Assembly (NCBI GenBank): GCA_051251915.1
Contig: JBPOGF010000035.1
Span: 1-13,866, forward strand
Direction of reading: 5' to 3'
Source: Akkermansiaceae bacterium
GTDB lineage: Bacteria > Verrucomicrobiota > Verrucomicrobiia > Verrucomicrobiales > Akkermansiaceae
DNA length: 13,866 bases
Shown one piece after another: positions 1 to 8,214 of the stretch. Below the pieces are notes generated by a model, which worked only from the letters and a program-made list of their open reading frames with translations, was not told the DNA's origin and did no database searches. The translations under genes were made by a program, and so were the position numbers. Position 1 is the stretch's first letter; the number at the start of each line of letters is the position of its first letter.

Positions 1-11
1 GAGTGTCCTAA

Positions 12-72
12 TTATGAGGCAACGCTACAGAGTATTACTAAGAGCTTCGGTGTGCTCTATTTATGAGGCAAC
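12..72. repeat. 12-bp direct repeat TTATGAGGCAAC (12-23 and 61-72) flanking a small hairpin AGAGC-N8-GCTCT (41-58)
   Basis: Exact copies read directly from the sequence, period 49 nt; function unknown. Confidence 0.6.
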
Positions 73-130
73 AGGCCTAACTCTATAATCTGTGTTGACG
101 AATGGGGGAGGGAGGACAGAATGAAATGGT

Positions 131-910
131 ATGCAGAGTGATTTTGAGAAACGTGTGGCTGTTCGTATTTGTGATGTGTCTAAGAAGTTTGGAGACTTCA
201 GGGCGGTGTCTGGGGTTAGTTTGGATTTAGTGGGGGGAGAGATATTGGGGTTACTGGGGCCGAATGGCGCAGGGAAGACGACGACGGTGAAGATGCTGAT
301 GGGGATGTTGAGTGCTTCTGCTGGGTCATTGAGAGTGATGGGGATGGATAGTTTTAAGGATAGGGTGGATGTGCAGAAGTGTGTGGGTTATTTGCCGGAT
401 GAACCGGTGTTTCAGCAGCATTTACGTGGAATTGAGCTGTTAGAGTTTGTGGGGAGTGTGCGTGGGATGGATAAGGTGGTGGTGGCGGAGAGGATCAGGG
501 TGCTTGGAGAGAGGTTGGGGTTGTATGAAGATTTGGGTGATTTTGCGGCGAATTTTTCTAAGGGGATGCGGAAGAAATTGGCATTTATGATGGCGTTGCT
601 GCATTCGCCAGCTGTGCTGATTATGGATGAGCCTACTAATGGATTGGATCCGGTGGCGACGCGTGAGTTTTTAGATATTGTTAGAGAGCAGGCCGCGGAG
701 GGGACTGCGATTTTGTATTCTACGCATTTGTTAGATCAGGCGGAGAAGTTATGTGATGGGTGTGTGGTGATGCATGAGGGGGAACTTGTGGCGCGTGGTT
801 CGGTGCAGGAATTGATGGATGAGAGTGGGTGTGAGTCGCTGGAGAAGGTGTTTTTTAAGGTGACTGAGTCTGTAGCTATGCCTAAGGAGATTGAGCTTAA
901 CTTGATCTAG
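131..910 (+). CDS. ABC transporter ATP-binding protein (ABC-2/drug-export type, NatA/EcsA-like)
   Basis: Walker A GPNGAGKTT, signature variant FSKGM, Walker B VLIMDEP, H-loop STH; 3 nt before the permease gene. Confidence 0.95.
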   Translation: MQSDFEKRVAVRICDVSKKFGDFRAVSGVSLDLVGGEILGLLGPNGAGKTTTVKMLMGMLSASAGSLRVMGMDSFKDRVDVQKCVGYLPDEPVFQQHLRGIELLEFVGSVRGMDKVVVAERIRVLGERLGLYEDLGDFAANFSKGMRKKLAFMMALLHSPAVLIMDEPTNGLDPVATREFLDIVREQAAEGTAILYSTHLLDQAEKLCDGCVVMHEGELVARGSVQELMDESGCESLEKVFFKVTESVAMPKEIELNLI

Positions 911-913
911 TTT

Positions 914-3397
914 ATGTCTGGTATTCGGTTGATATTGGGATTGGAGCTACGGCGGTTTTTGAATCAGTTCTCAACGTTGAGGTATCAGCGGAAGGGGATG
1001 AAGAAGGCTACGGTAACTCGGAAGAAGCGTGGTTGGGGGTTGCCGTTATTGTTGATGTTTTTTTGGTTGGTGATGATTTTCTTTTGGATGTCCACTGGGA
1101 CGAAGAAGCTAGTCAATGAAACTCGCCCAAAGGAAGCGGATGGGAAGCTGGTGGTTCCTCATAAGGATTATTTTACAGCTAGTTTTTGGCTAGGGACTGA
1201 CTATGAACAGAAAACTGTTTCAGAAGTAGCGGCGTATTTTAAGAAGAGGAATAGCAGGCTGGATGAAGACACTGCTATGAGGTATGCGGTGCACTATAAA
1301 CAACACGGAGAGGATGGGTTTGTGGATGTTGATGCGATGGTTGGGCAGTTGAATTTTGCTGAATTTAGTTCGGTGGAGAAGGTGCATTTGGCTAAGGTGT
1401 TTGGGGTTGTGTTACTAAGTATGTTTTTGTTTGTGTTGTTGGGGCCGATAGCGATGCGTTATAAAGATTTGGCGTCTGAGGATGTGCAGTTGGAAATGTT
1501 GTTTGGTTTGCCGCTAAGCGGGGGGACTATTTTGTCAGGGAGGTTTTTATCGATGTTATTGATTAGACCGACTTTGTGGATGCTGGTTATTCCGTTTTTG
1601 TTGTTTATGTTTTATTGGCTGTCTCTGGGGGCGTGGGCGTTGGTGCTAGCTGTGGTAGCCACGGTTTTTTTGGGAGTGATCGCGGCGAGTTTTGAGTTGC
1701 TTGCTGAGACGTTGTTACGGAGTAGGGGGACTCAAAAAGCGAAGAAAAATGTGCAGTCGTTTTGTTTAATAGCGGGGACTTTATCTTTGTATGTGGCGAT
1801 GGCGTGTATGATCTCGCGTCAGCCGGTGGTTCTGGATTGGTTAGTGGGATCTTTCTTTGGTGATGTGGCTTATTACTTAGGGGCTGTGTTTTTAATGCCA
1901 GCTGAATCTGAGTTTGGTTGGTTGTGGATGCTGGGTATTTTGTTAACGGTGACAATATGTGTCTTTGTTATGGCGATTAAATTTTCTACTTATAGCTTGA
2001 AGAATGGGTTGACCACTGGAGGCGGAATGAATGCTTCTAGAGCATTGAGTGATCGTGAAAAAGTGGGGGGAGAGAGCAAGGGCGCGAGATTATTTGGAGG
2101 GGTGAAGTATGATAAGTATGAATGGTTGATTCTGATCCGGGATAGGGCGTTAATGAGTCAGTTGTTGGCGTTTCCTTTATTGATGTTGGTGTATCAGTGG
2201 TTGATGAATCCTGAGTTTATGGATGACTTATCATTATTGACGTTAGGAATGATAGGTTATGGAATAGGGACGATGGGGGTGACGATGGGTGCACCTCATT
2301 TGGTGATGTCTGAGATGAAGAGTTTGTGGGTGGTGTTTACGTTGCCGATGTCGGTAGCTGAATTTTTCCGTCGGAGGTCGGTATTTTGGGGAGGATTACT
2401 TACGGGGTTGAGTTTGATTGTGGTGTTGGTTATTAAGTTTAGTTTTGGGGTGGGATTAGATGGCGATTTGTGGAGGGGTTTGGTGGCGTTGGCTGCTGTT
2501 TTTGTGATGAGTCGGGTGGTCTTTGCTGTGATGTTAGGGAATGTGGAATTACCTGATCCTGGTTCTGCTCAGGTGATTAAGATGAGTCAGTGGAGGTTTT
2601 ATTTGTGTATGGGGCTGAGTGGGATCTGTGGGTTGTATGTTTATCAGGAGAGTGCTTGGTCTATCTTAGCTTGTTTGATGATTTTCTGGTTTTTAGGTGA
2701 TGCGTTGTGGCAGAATTTATCGTCTAGGTTGCGTTATATTTATGAGACCATCCATGATGAACCTGCGGATGCTACGATGGTGGATGCGATCAAGGTGCTG
2801 CTAGTTTACTTTGTAGCACAGACTGTGCTGTTTCTTATGTTGAGTCATACTTTGGGGGATTTAGGGGTGTTGATTTCGTTTATAGCGGCTAGTTTTATTG
2901 CTTATGTTTACTGTGGCTTGAACGAGAGGATCCAGAGTATGTCTGATCCTATAGCTATAGATGATAAAGGTGGGAAGTTAGCGGTTCATTGGTTGGGGTG
3001 GTTCTGTGCCACGTCGTTTTTGGGAGTAGCTTGGCTTGCTGTACTGGCCTCAATTCCACAGTTTAAAAGTATCATTGTAGCTACACAAGTGAATCTTAGT
3101 TGGTATATGGCGGTGTTGATGGTGGTGGTGGCGCCGTTGATAGAGGAATATATTTTCAGGAAGGTTTTGTTTGGCGTAATGCGGAAGCAGTGGAGTTTTT
3201 GGAGATCTGTGATCACAAGTGCTATGTTATTTGCAGTGATCCATCCAGGATTGTCATTTCCTCCGGTCTTCCTACTGGGGGTGGGGGCGGCTTGGTTATA
3301 TGGGAGGACAGGGAAACTGAAATATAGTGTGATGCTTCATGCTGGGTATAATCTGGTGATCTATTTAGTGCATTATGGATGGCAAGGGCTGGGTTAG
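914..3397 (+). CDS. ABC exporter permease fused to a C-terminal CPBP (Abi/CAAX type II) intramembrane glutamic endopeptidase
   Basis: 827 aa with many hydrophobic helices. The C-terminus has CPBP motifs EEYIFR (EExxxR), FAVIH (FxxxH) and HAGYN (HxxxN). Permease role inferred from topology and the adjacent ATPase. Confidence 0.8.
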   Translation: MSGIRLILGLELRRFLNQFSTLRYQRKGMKKATVTRKKRGWGLPLLLMFFWLVMIFFWMSTGTKKLVNETRPKEADGKLVVPHKDYFTASFWLGTDYEQKTVSEVAAYFKKRNSRLDEDTAMRYAVHYKQHGEDGFVDVDAMVGQLNFAEFSSVEKVHLAKVFGVVLLSMFLFVLLGPIAMRYKDLASEDVQLEMLFGLPLSGGTILSGRFLSMLLIRPTLWMLVIPFLLFMFYWLSLGAWALVLAVVATVFLGVIAASFELLAETLLRSRGTQKAKKNVQSFCLIAGTLSLYVAMACMISRQPVVLDWLVGSFFGDVAYYLGAVFLMPAESEFGWLWMLGILLTVTICVFVMAIKFSTYSLKNGLTTGGGMNASRALSDREKVGGESKGARLFGGVKYDKYEWLILIRDRALMSQLLAFPLLMLVYQWLMNPEFMDDLSLLTLGMIGYGIGTMGVTMGAPHLVMSEMKSLWVVFTLPMSVAEFFRRRSVFWGGLLTGLSLIVVLVIKFSFGVGLDGDLWRGLVALAAVFVMSRVVFAVMLGNVELPDPGSAQVIKMSQWRFYLCMGLSGICGLYVYQESAWSILACLMIFWFLGDALWQNLSSRLRYIYETIHDEPADATMVDAIKVLLVYFVAQTVLFLMLSHTLGDLGVLISFIAASFIAYVYCGLNERIQSMSDPIAIDDKGGKLAVHWLGWFCATSFLGVAWLAVLASIPQFKSIIVATQVNLSWYMAVLMVVVAPLIEEYIFRKVLFGVMRKQWSFWRSVITSAMLFAVIHPGLSFPPVFLLGVGAAWLYGRTGKLKYSVMLHAGYNLVIYLVHYGWQGLG

Positions 3398-3500
3398 TTA
3401 TTAAATGATTTAATGTAGAGGCAGCGGGATTAGAGAGGGATGTCAGAATTCTGGAGAAAACTTTTCGACTTTAGGTGAATTCTAACTTTATACTACTAGC

Positions 3501-4508
3501 ATGGAATCCAACTTTTCGATGCCACGTCGCCGAATGCTGAAGACTTTGTTCTGTTCTAGTTTAGCGATGAACTTGAATTTGAACTCGTCATTTGCCTCGG
3601 GTGAATTGGTAGAGGGCGCAGATCTAGATCTTTTCGCCCTTGGCGATTTTGGGAGTGGTGATGAGAAACAGAAAGCGGTCTCACGGGCGATGATGCGCTA
3701 CACGACAAATTTGGGAAAGAAACCAGATGGTTTGCTCATGTTAGGCGACAATTTTTATCGCAAGATGGCGGGAGGAGTTAAGTCCAAACGCTGGACCACC
3801 GGATTCTCAGAGATGTATCCAGCTAAAGAGTTTCCCAATCCTTGTTGGGCTATCCTCGGGAATCACGATTATCATGACACGCCTAATAACGAACAAGTGC
3901 AGCTCGGCTACGCGGCATCTCTTGAGCGAAAAACGCGCTGGACGATGCCTTCCAAGTACTATCGTGTCGATCTCCCTGCAAAAAATCCACAGGTTACATT
4001 CCTCATGCTCGATACGAATTTAAAATCTATCAATCGTCCCCTCCATGAACCCAAGATTCCCTGTTGGTTAACTCCAGAGGAACAAGCGGCACAAAAAGAA
4101 TGGCTTAAGACAGAGCTGTCTTCTAAGCGTGCGCCCTTCACTGTCGTGCTAGGTCATCATCCGCTATACTCTAATGGTAAATATCAAGGTACGCCCTCGC
4201 TCATCGATGAAATCGGTGAACTCTTGGAAGAGGCAGGGGTTCACATGTATATTAGCGGACACGAACATGATCTCCAGCATATCGAGCTCGAGGGCCTACG
4301 AACGTCCTTTGTAATCTCTGGTGGCGGTGGTGCTCATGTAAGAGGAGGAAAGGAGAAGCATAAGGGGAATTTCTACCAAGTGGCCCATGGATTTTCCCAT
4401 CTCTCAATTAAAAATGATCGGCTTCATCTTCGGCACATCGACGCGAACGGTAAGATTGTCCACTCTTTTAGTAAAGGTGCGAACCACGATTGGAAAGTCG
4501 AAACGTAG
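3501..4508 (+). CDS. Tat-exported metallophosphoesterase, purple acid phosphatase/ACP5(TRAP)-like
   Basis: Twin-arginine leader PRRRMLK; metal-ligand motifs GDFG, GDNFY, GNHD, GHH, GHEH. An alternative start at 3519 (MPRRR) is possible. Confidence 0.9.
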   Translation: MESNFSMPRRRMLKTLFCSSLAMNLNLNSSFASGELVEGADLDLFALGDFGSGDEKQKAVSRAMMRYTTNLGKKPDGLLMLGDNFYRKMAGGVKSKRWTTGFSEMYPAKEFPNPCWAILGNHDYHDTPNNEQVQLGYAASLERKTRWTMPSKYYRVDLPAKNPQVTFLMLDTNLKSINRPLHEPKIPCWLTPEEQAAQKEWLKTELSSKRAPFTVVLGHHPLYSNGKYQGTPSLIDEIGELLEEAGVHMYISGHEHDLQHIELEGLRTSFVISGGGGAHVRGGKEKHKGNFYQVAHGFSHLSIKNDRLHLRHIDANGKIVHSFSKGANHDWKVET

Positions 4509-4547
4509 ACTAGGGAAATCCAACTGAGTAGAGTGGTATTTGTTTCA

Positions 4548-4649
4548 TTATTTGGGATTAGACTGGGACTTCCATAGAATTATACTGGCGACATCATTTG
4601 CTAGATCCGCACCTTTGGTGCTACGTCTGCGTGAAACACAGTAAGTGAA
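4548..4649 (-). pseudogene. Orphan C-terminal remnant of a second S1 sulfatase
   Basis: 4637->4548 translates VSRRRSTKGADLANDVASIILWKSQSNPK*, 13/23 identical to VSRGRSTEGGESPNDTDKIVLWK at the end of the intact sulfatase (6644->6576). No start codon in this frame before an upstream TAG at 4712-4710. Confidence 0.75.
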
Positions 4650-4689
4650 GCTCCACCGTCTCTGGAGGATAAATAACTGAAAGGTCTGA

Positions 4690-4896
4690 CTACTGCCCCT
4701 TGAGTGGAGCTAAACCAATCACGGCGTCAATATCCATCAGCACTTTATTCTCTCTTGCCTTCAGAGGAATGGCTAGAGTGACATTACTTGCGGTGACGGC
4801 ATAATCGTCGCCTCCATTTTCCTCTTGGGCAGAGAGGGTGACAGCAGAAGCCAAGAAAAGTGAGGTAAGGATGAGTTGTTTGGTGATTCTCATCAT
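4690..4896 (-). pseudogene. Short secreted-protein ORF, probably a truncated gene (signal peptide plus ~45 aa)
   Basis: Sec-type leader MRITKQLILTSLFLASAVTLSA|QEE, 17 nt downstream of the GH-like gene, ends early next to the sulfatase remnant. Confidence 0.5.
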
Positions 4897-4913
4897 TGAT
4901 ATATGTGGGGATT

Positions 4914-6482
4914 TTACTTTGCAAATGTGAAGGTGATCTGGTCTAAAATGGGCTTAGCCTTACTTTCTGTGGTGTCGCTGATCTTGACCTCGAACTGGAA
5001 GCCGTAGCCTTCAGGGAGTGCTGAGAGGTCGAGTTGGGCAGGCGTTTTGGCGACTTGCTTGGCAAAACCAGGGATGCCACTGTAGGTTTCGCTGACTTTC
5101 TGCCAATCCGTCCATTCGTTGATGCTGCCGTCATTGTTGGTGTCTACTCCTACACGAAGTTCGACGCCGTCGACCCAGGGTCCAGGGCTGATGTAATCTT
5201 CGTTCGTTTGAGTGACGAGATAGAATTTTCCTTCGGCGAACATGATGTCGGGGTCGGGGTGGCCCTTGCCGATGTTTCCGCAGAAGGTGAATTTCTCGTC
5301 GAGGCTCGATGAGGTGAACCAGCCGACACTCATCGCATTCTTGTCACCGTGGGCGGTAGATGGGTCAAAATCACCGAAAAGGTAATATTGTCCGCCGATG
5401 GAGATGGCAGCCCAGTCTCCGTAGGCATTCTGCGCTGGCTCGTGGATTTCGTATCGGACAATAGCACGCTGCTGACCCTTTTTAAGGCGTTGCTTGGGAA
5501 TATCAGCAGGAACTGGCTTGGTAGGAAATTCGTCTTTGCGCTCTCCGCGATGCCAGTGAGGGTGAAAATATTCAGCGAACTTGCCCGTCGGTTTTGTGCG
5601 CTCATCGACAGGAGGTGCAAGGATTTTGAAATTCCCTTTGCCTTCTTTACTCACCGCATGCATGGCGAGAGGTGAGTCCCAAGCATGTGTGGAGGCATCG
5701 ATAGGGCTCCAGTCTTCAAGGACCAGGTGGAAATTTCCTTCCAAGTCACGGATGATCGCACAATCAGAACCGTCTGACGGGTCCTTAAATGCCATTCCCA
5801 TGTCTTCGCCGGGCTTACCATCAGTTAAATCAGCATCGATTGAAAGGTGTGGGTCCTGATCGTTGGGATAATCATAATAAATATAGGCTTTGCCGTCGAC
5901 TAGTTCGGCAGTTGTCGCATTGCCAGCCTTGGCTGTTGCAACGGGACCGTGAAAGACCCAATTCACCATGTCTCGGCTCTGCCAACCTTAATAGCCACCC
6001 TTCTTGGGATTAACGCCTCCCGGTGCGATAAAATGGTGCGGATTTTTCGTGCTCATCAATGGTGTATCAAACCCCTTTAAAGTGGCGGACTCTAGTGGCG
6101 TAGAGTTTTTGCTCTTTTTGTAGTTACCAAATAACCAGTAATTGTCTTCTCCCATGCGGAGAAAAATCGGGGCGTTGCCGGCTTCCTTAGGACCGATGTT
6201 TGGGATGGGGCTCCAGTTGAGCCAAGCGGTGGACTGTTTAAGAGTGATCGATTTGGCGGAGCGTTTCTTTTCAAAGGATTTCAGGGCACTTTGAAAGGTA
6301 GCTTTCTCTGCGGTAGGAATAGCTAGGCCGTCTTTTAGCTCAAGATTCGATTGGTCTGCGGTGGCATTTTTCCATTCTTCTTGGCTATCAATGATCCAGG
6401 AGTCTTCGACTTCTGGTTTAGCTTGTGCGATAGTGGTGACCGTAACCGCCAACAAGAGGTTGTAATGGTATTTAATATTCAT
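4914..6482 (-). pseudogene. Secreted beta-propeller glycoside-hydrolase-like protein (GH43/GH117-like fold inferred) interrupted by one in-frame TAA at 5990-5988
   Basis: ORFs 5988..6482 and 4914..5969 are in the same frame and read ...PKKGGY*GWQSRDMVNWVFHGPV..., restoring an S-x-D-[LM]-x-x-W propeller motif. Signal peptide on the first part only; propeller-like PDPDIM and DCAIIRD motifs. Confidence 0.75.
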
Positions 6483-6527
6483 ATTCTAAAGGGTAGAGAG
6501 TAGAGCTTAATTTTTGGATAAGTTCGG

Positions 6528-8036
6528 TTACTTGTTCTTCTTCTTTTTAGGCTTAGATCTTTTTACTTCATCCTTTTTCCAAAGGACTATCTTATCGGTG
6601 TCATTTGGAGATTCACCACCTTCGGTGCTGCGTCCGCGTGAAACGTCGGATGTGAGTTGCTTCAATAGTCTCTCCGCCACTTCTGGCTGAGATTTATACA
6701 AGTTAGTTGTTTCGCCAGGGTCAGCGTCCATGTCATAGAGCTGAGCTTTGAGAGCATCATCGGGCATTTCCGATTCTAGTGGGCTTGTCCACCCGGCAGA
6801 ACCTTTCGCCAAAAGTAGTTTCCATTTTCCTTGGCGGTAAGCAAAGTGCCCTGAGATGGAATGATGAATGACTCCTGCACGTGTGGAAACAATTGGTTTT
6901 CCAGTTAACGCGGATAAGAAGCTGACGCTGTCCTCCGCACTTGTAGCCGATACATCCTTACCCGTAATGTCGGATACAGTCGCAAACAGATCAGTCAGGC
7001 AAATCAATTGATCACTCGTCGATCCTGCTTTCACGTGCTTCGGCCAGCGCACCACAAATGGCACACGATGGCCACCATCCCACAGGTCAGCCTTAGAACC
7101 ACGGAAACCTGCACTCACTAGATGACCTTTGGCCGCTAACTCCGGAATTCTCGCGCCCTTTGAAGTGCCATTATCGGCACTAAAAATGATCAGAGTGTTC
7201 TCTTCTAAACCATGCTTATCGAGAGCGGCCATAATCTGACCTACTCCATTATCAGTCTGCATCACAAAGTCTGCATGTTTATTAAGCCCGCTTTTACCAA
7301 GCCATTCTTCGGTAGGAACTACTGGAGAATGAGGTGAGCCGTAAGGAACATAGAGAAAGAATGGTGTCTCCTTATTCGCAGCACGTGCATCAATGTACTC
7401 CACAGCTTTACCAGTAATCCGTGGTAGCATGTTGGTCACATCATCATGCGCAATCACTGTATCGTTCTCGATCACACCCTTCATATCACCGGCATGGTGG
7501 AAACCGTGGTAATAATCAAACCCACGAGTAACGGGACCATCTGGAATCTTACTACCCACTGGTGCGAGTGTTTTCTTCCCTTTGCGCTTCAGCACTTCTC
7601 CAGTCGCAGGATCTGCATACTGGAAGTTGAGGTGCCACTTGCCAACGATGCCGGTGTGGTAGCCTTGTGCTTTAAGAAAGCTTGCGACAGTTGCGCGATT
7701 CTCGGCAATGAGGTTCGGCTTAAAACCCTGCACGACGCCGCTCTGGAGGGTGGTCCTCCAGCTGTAACGCCCGGTCATGAGACCATAGCGCGTAGGCGTG
7801 CAAACTGCGGAACCGGAGTGTGCGTCAGAAAAGATCATGCCTTCTGCCGCCAACTTGTCCACCGAGGGGGTTTTGATTTTTCCGTGTTCGGGATTCAGTG
7901 CTTGAATGTCTCCGTAACCGAGATCATCAGCTAAGATAAAGACGATATTAGGTTTTTCGTCTGCCAATGATGACAGGGGAAAAAGTAATGCCAGTGTGAC
8001 TACTTTTAAGCTAGAGATATAGTTTCGGTGTTTCAT
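6528..8036 (-). CDS. Secreted Cys-type formylglycine-dependent sulfatase (family S1, arylsulfatase-like)
   Basis: Signal peptide, KPNIVFILADDLGYGD, CTPTRYGLMTG (CxPxR), GKWHL, SADNG, RGSKADLWDGGHRVP, QLYDMDADPGE. Confidence 0.95.
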   Translation of the reverse strand: MKHRNYISSLKVVTLALLFPLSSLADEKPNIVFILADDLGYGDIQALNPEHGKIKTPSVDKLAAEGMIFSDAHSGSAVCTPTRYGLMTGRYSWRTTLQSGVVQGFKPNLIAENRATVASFLKAQGYHTGIVGKWHLNFQYADPATGEVLKRKGKKTLAPVGSKIPDGPVTRGFDYYHGFHHAGDMKGVIENDTVIAHDDVTNMLPRITGKAVEYIDARAANKETPFFLYVPYGSPHSPVVPTEEWLGKSGLNKHADFVMQTDNGVGQIMAALDKHGLEENTLIIFSADNGTSKGARIPELAAKGHLVSAGFRGSKADLWDGGHRVPFVVRWPKHVKAGSTSDQLICLTDLFATVSDITGKDVSATSAEDSVSFLSALTGKPIVSTRAGVIHHSISGHFAYRQGKWKLLLAKGSAGWTSPLESEMPDDALKAQLYDMDADPGETTNLYKSQPEVAERLLKQLTSDVSRGRSTEGGESPNDTDKIVLWKKDEVKRSKPKKKKNK

Positions 8037-8097
8037 AAGTTGTCTGGTTTAATGATTATTTTTGAGCTACTTCGTCATCTTTGGAGATTGTATCATG

Positions 8098-8126
8098 ATG
8101 CTATCTTTCTAATAAGAAATTGTCTA
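8098..8126 (-). promoter_or_regulatory. Putative sigma70-type promoter for the sulfatase operon
   Basis: TAGACA (8126-8121)-N17-TAGCAT (8103-8098), downstream of a terminator and about 60 nt before the sulfatase ATG. Confidence 0.35.
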
Positions 8127-8152
8127 TCGAGTAAATACCCGATGCTGGGACT

Positions 8153-8188
8153 AAAAAACCTCTCTCGGGGTGAACCAAAAAGAGGTTT
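8153..8188 (-). terminator. Intrinsic terminator after PEP-CTERM gene 8215..8901
   Basis: Minus strand AAACCTCTTTTTGG-TTCACC-CCGAGAGAGGTTT-TTT: hairpin with G:U pairs and one bulge, then a U tract. Confidence 0.75.
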
Positions 8189-8214
8189 GAAAATGTGTTT
8201 TAGAGAGTTCGACC

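Noticed and set aside
12..72. CRISPR array
   Set aside because: Only two 12-bp copies, too short for CRISPR repeats, and no cas genes
1605..1955. 116-aa minus-strand ORF (also 2986..3216 and 3100..3327)
   Set aside because: Shadow ORFs inside the permease gene; their composition just mirrors the G/T skew
4640..4760. Weak resemblance of VLMDIDAVIG...DLSVIYPPETVEL to sulfatase QLYDMDADPG...NLYKSQPEVAE
   Set aside because: Needs gaps and has few identities; not enough to extend the remnant
5988..5990. Stop-codon reassignment or programmed readthrough
   Set aside because: TAA terminates several other genes here and occurs in-frame only once; mutation or error is simpler
5034..6274. Several short overlapping ORFs on both strands in the GH-like gene
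   Set aside because: Antisense or out-of-frame to a coherent gene, with no motifs
7446..7934. 162-aa plus-strand ORF
   Set aside because: Antisense to the sulfatase with no recognisable features
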